Origin: Squalus acanthias
Taxonomy: Eukaryota
NCBI GenBank assembly: GCA_030390025.1
Contig: CM059431.1
Location: 115,198,001-115,262,000, forward strand
Direction of reading: 5' to 3'
Length of the DNA stretch: 64,000 nucleotides
Position 1 is the first letter of the stretch. The number at the start of each line of letters is the position of its first letter. This document shows positions 62,843 through 64,000 of this stretch, one piece after another. A program made the translations under genes and the position numbers. A model generated the notes under the pieces. The model was given only the letters and a program-made list of their open reading frames with translations. It searched no databases and was not told the origin of the DNA.

Positions 62843-64000
62843 ACGCAACCTACCCAGTGAATTCCACATCTCAGCCATTTGGGCAAGACGATGGACTGAG
62901 GAAAAAATTGAGCAAGATGGAAGGAGAACAAGAAATACATAAACTTTAGGGCTGCCATCAATCTTTCTTTAGAATCCAATTCAAATAATTACTTTAACAT
63001 TTCTGGCAGATATGCACAATCTGCTTATTTTCAATTTCTGTTATGACTGATTTTTGAGCCAATTACATTCTTGAGAAAAAGTTGTAAGAAAGGAAATTAT
63101 GCAATCAAATAATAAATACTGTAAGGTTTCCTTAAATGTTATTTAAATGTGAAAAAATATTAACTATTTCTCATTCTTTATGCTACATTAACTACTGTTA
63201 CCTAATTAGATTTTGATGAATGAGTGTAAGGGGTCTTTGAAAGCTAACATAAATGCAATAATAGATATGTGTTTTAGCCATCTGTTTAGCATGTGGATAT
63301 ACAAAGGTTTTTTTAAAGTTCTATCCAACACAAGCATTGCAGAAATGCATGAGAATGTCAGTGACCACAAGTGAAGAATTCTGTAAGGTACTGACGTGAG
63401 TTCTGTTTTTCTCATTTTTTCTTGTGGAAATGAAAAACGTCACTGATGAGGTTCACATCGCTATGTAATCTTTTGCCAGCACAGATGATTCAGGAAGTAA
63501 ACTCAGCGTTTCTGTTCCCTGCAATGACTTGGTTAAATTTTAGCCATTCTTTTCCCAGAGAAACAAACATGAGCAAGATCAAAGAGAATAGTCAAGAGGT
63601 TGCTTTGATTAAAAATTCAATGCTTTACTTTCAAAAATAAACTATATTTATCCCTATTTACTTTAACGCTAGTTGATGAGAGACTTCAATACTGGATTAA
63701 CCCAGAGCTACTTTGCATTTCTTTAAAAATACTCTGTTAAAAATAGCGTGGTGTGTAAATTTACTGTGTAGTGTGTTAATGAGCCGTACAGATCATGTTC
63801 CCAGCTTTGATCCCCGGTCTGTGTTAGGGGGTTTGCTGATCTCAGCCCGGTAACAGTGGAGGCACTTCAATTAGCATCAGTGTTCCTGGGATAAGGAGGG
63901 GGGATATCAGGCGAGGTCCACACTTCTGATTGCTATCCAGCTGCTCCTGCTGGGTGTCAATGCATGGCTGTAGGGTGGAGTCAGGCTTGAGTTCAGCGAT

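Noticed and set aside
63441..63470. CTGATGAG as a possible hammerhead core
   Set aside because: No stem II or GAAA follows it.
1..64000. CRISPR array, operon or other prokaryote-type system; most short ORFs in the track
   Set aside because: There are no regularly spaced repeat-spacer units. The ORFs are antisense or alternate frames of repeats, or of chance length.

Overview
This is a repeat-dense vertebrate intergenic or intronic window. The repeat set (SacSINE1-like DeuSINEs, an HE1-like fragment, CR1 and L2 LINEs) points to a cartilaginous fish; that is an inference. No host protein-coding gene could be supported. The recognisable coding relics are transposon-derived: CR1 and L2 reverse-transcriptase or endonuclease fragments, a Penelope C-terminal stub, and several decayed PIF/Harbinger elements. 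Those elements carry a three-exon Myb/SANT-like gene convergent with a deleted transposase. About ten non-autonomous Harbinger-type MITEs share their TIR type (GG...AAATT, 3-bp TSDs). The window also holds a nested hAT MITE and a tRNA-Gly pseudogene. The main points of interest are: (i) two distinct Penelope-like retroelement families carrying minimal type-I hammerhead ribozyme motifs, and (ii) a Harbinger two-gene/MITE system with a shared inward-facing TTAAAGGG motif about 200-300 bp inside the ends. Repeat boundaries are approximate unless TIRs or TSDs are quoted. No CRISPR, rRNA or prokaryote-type system is present.
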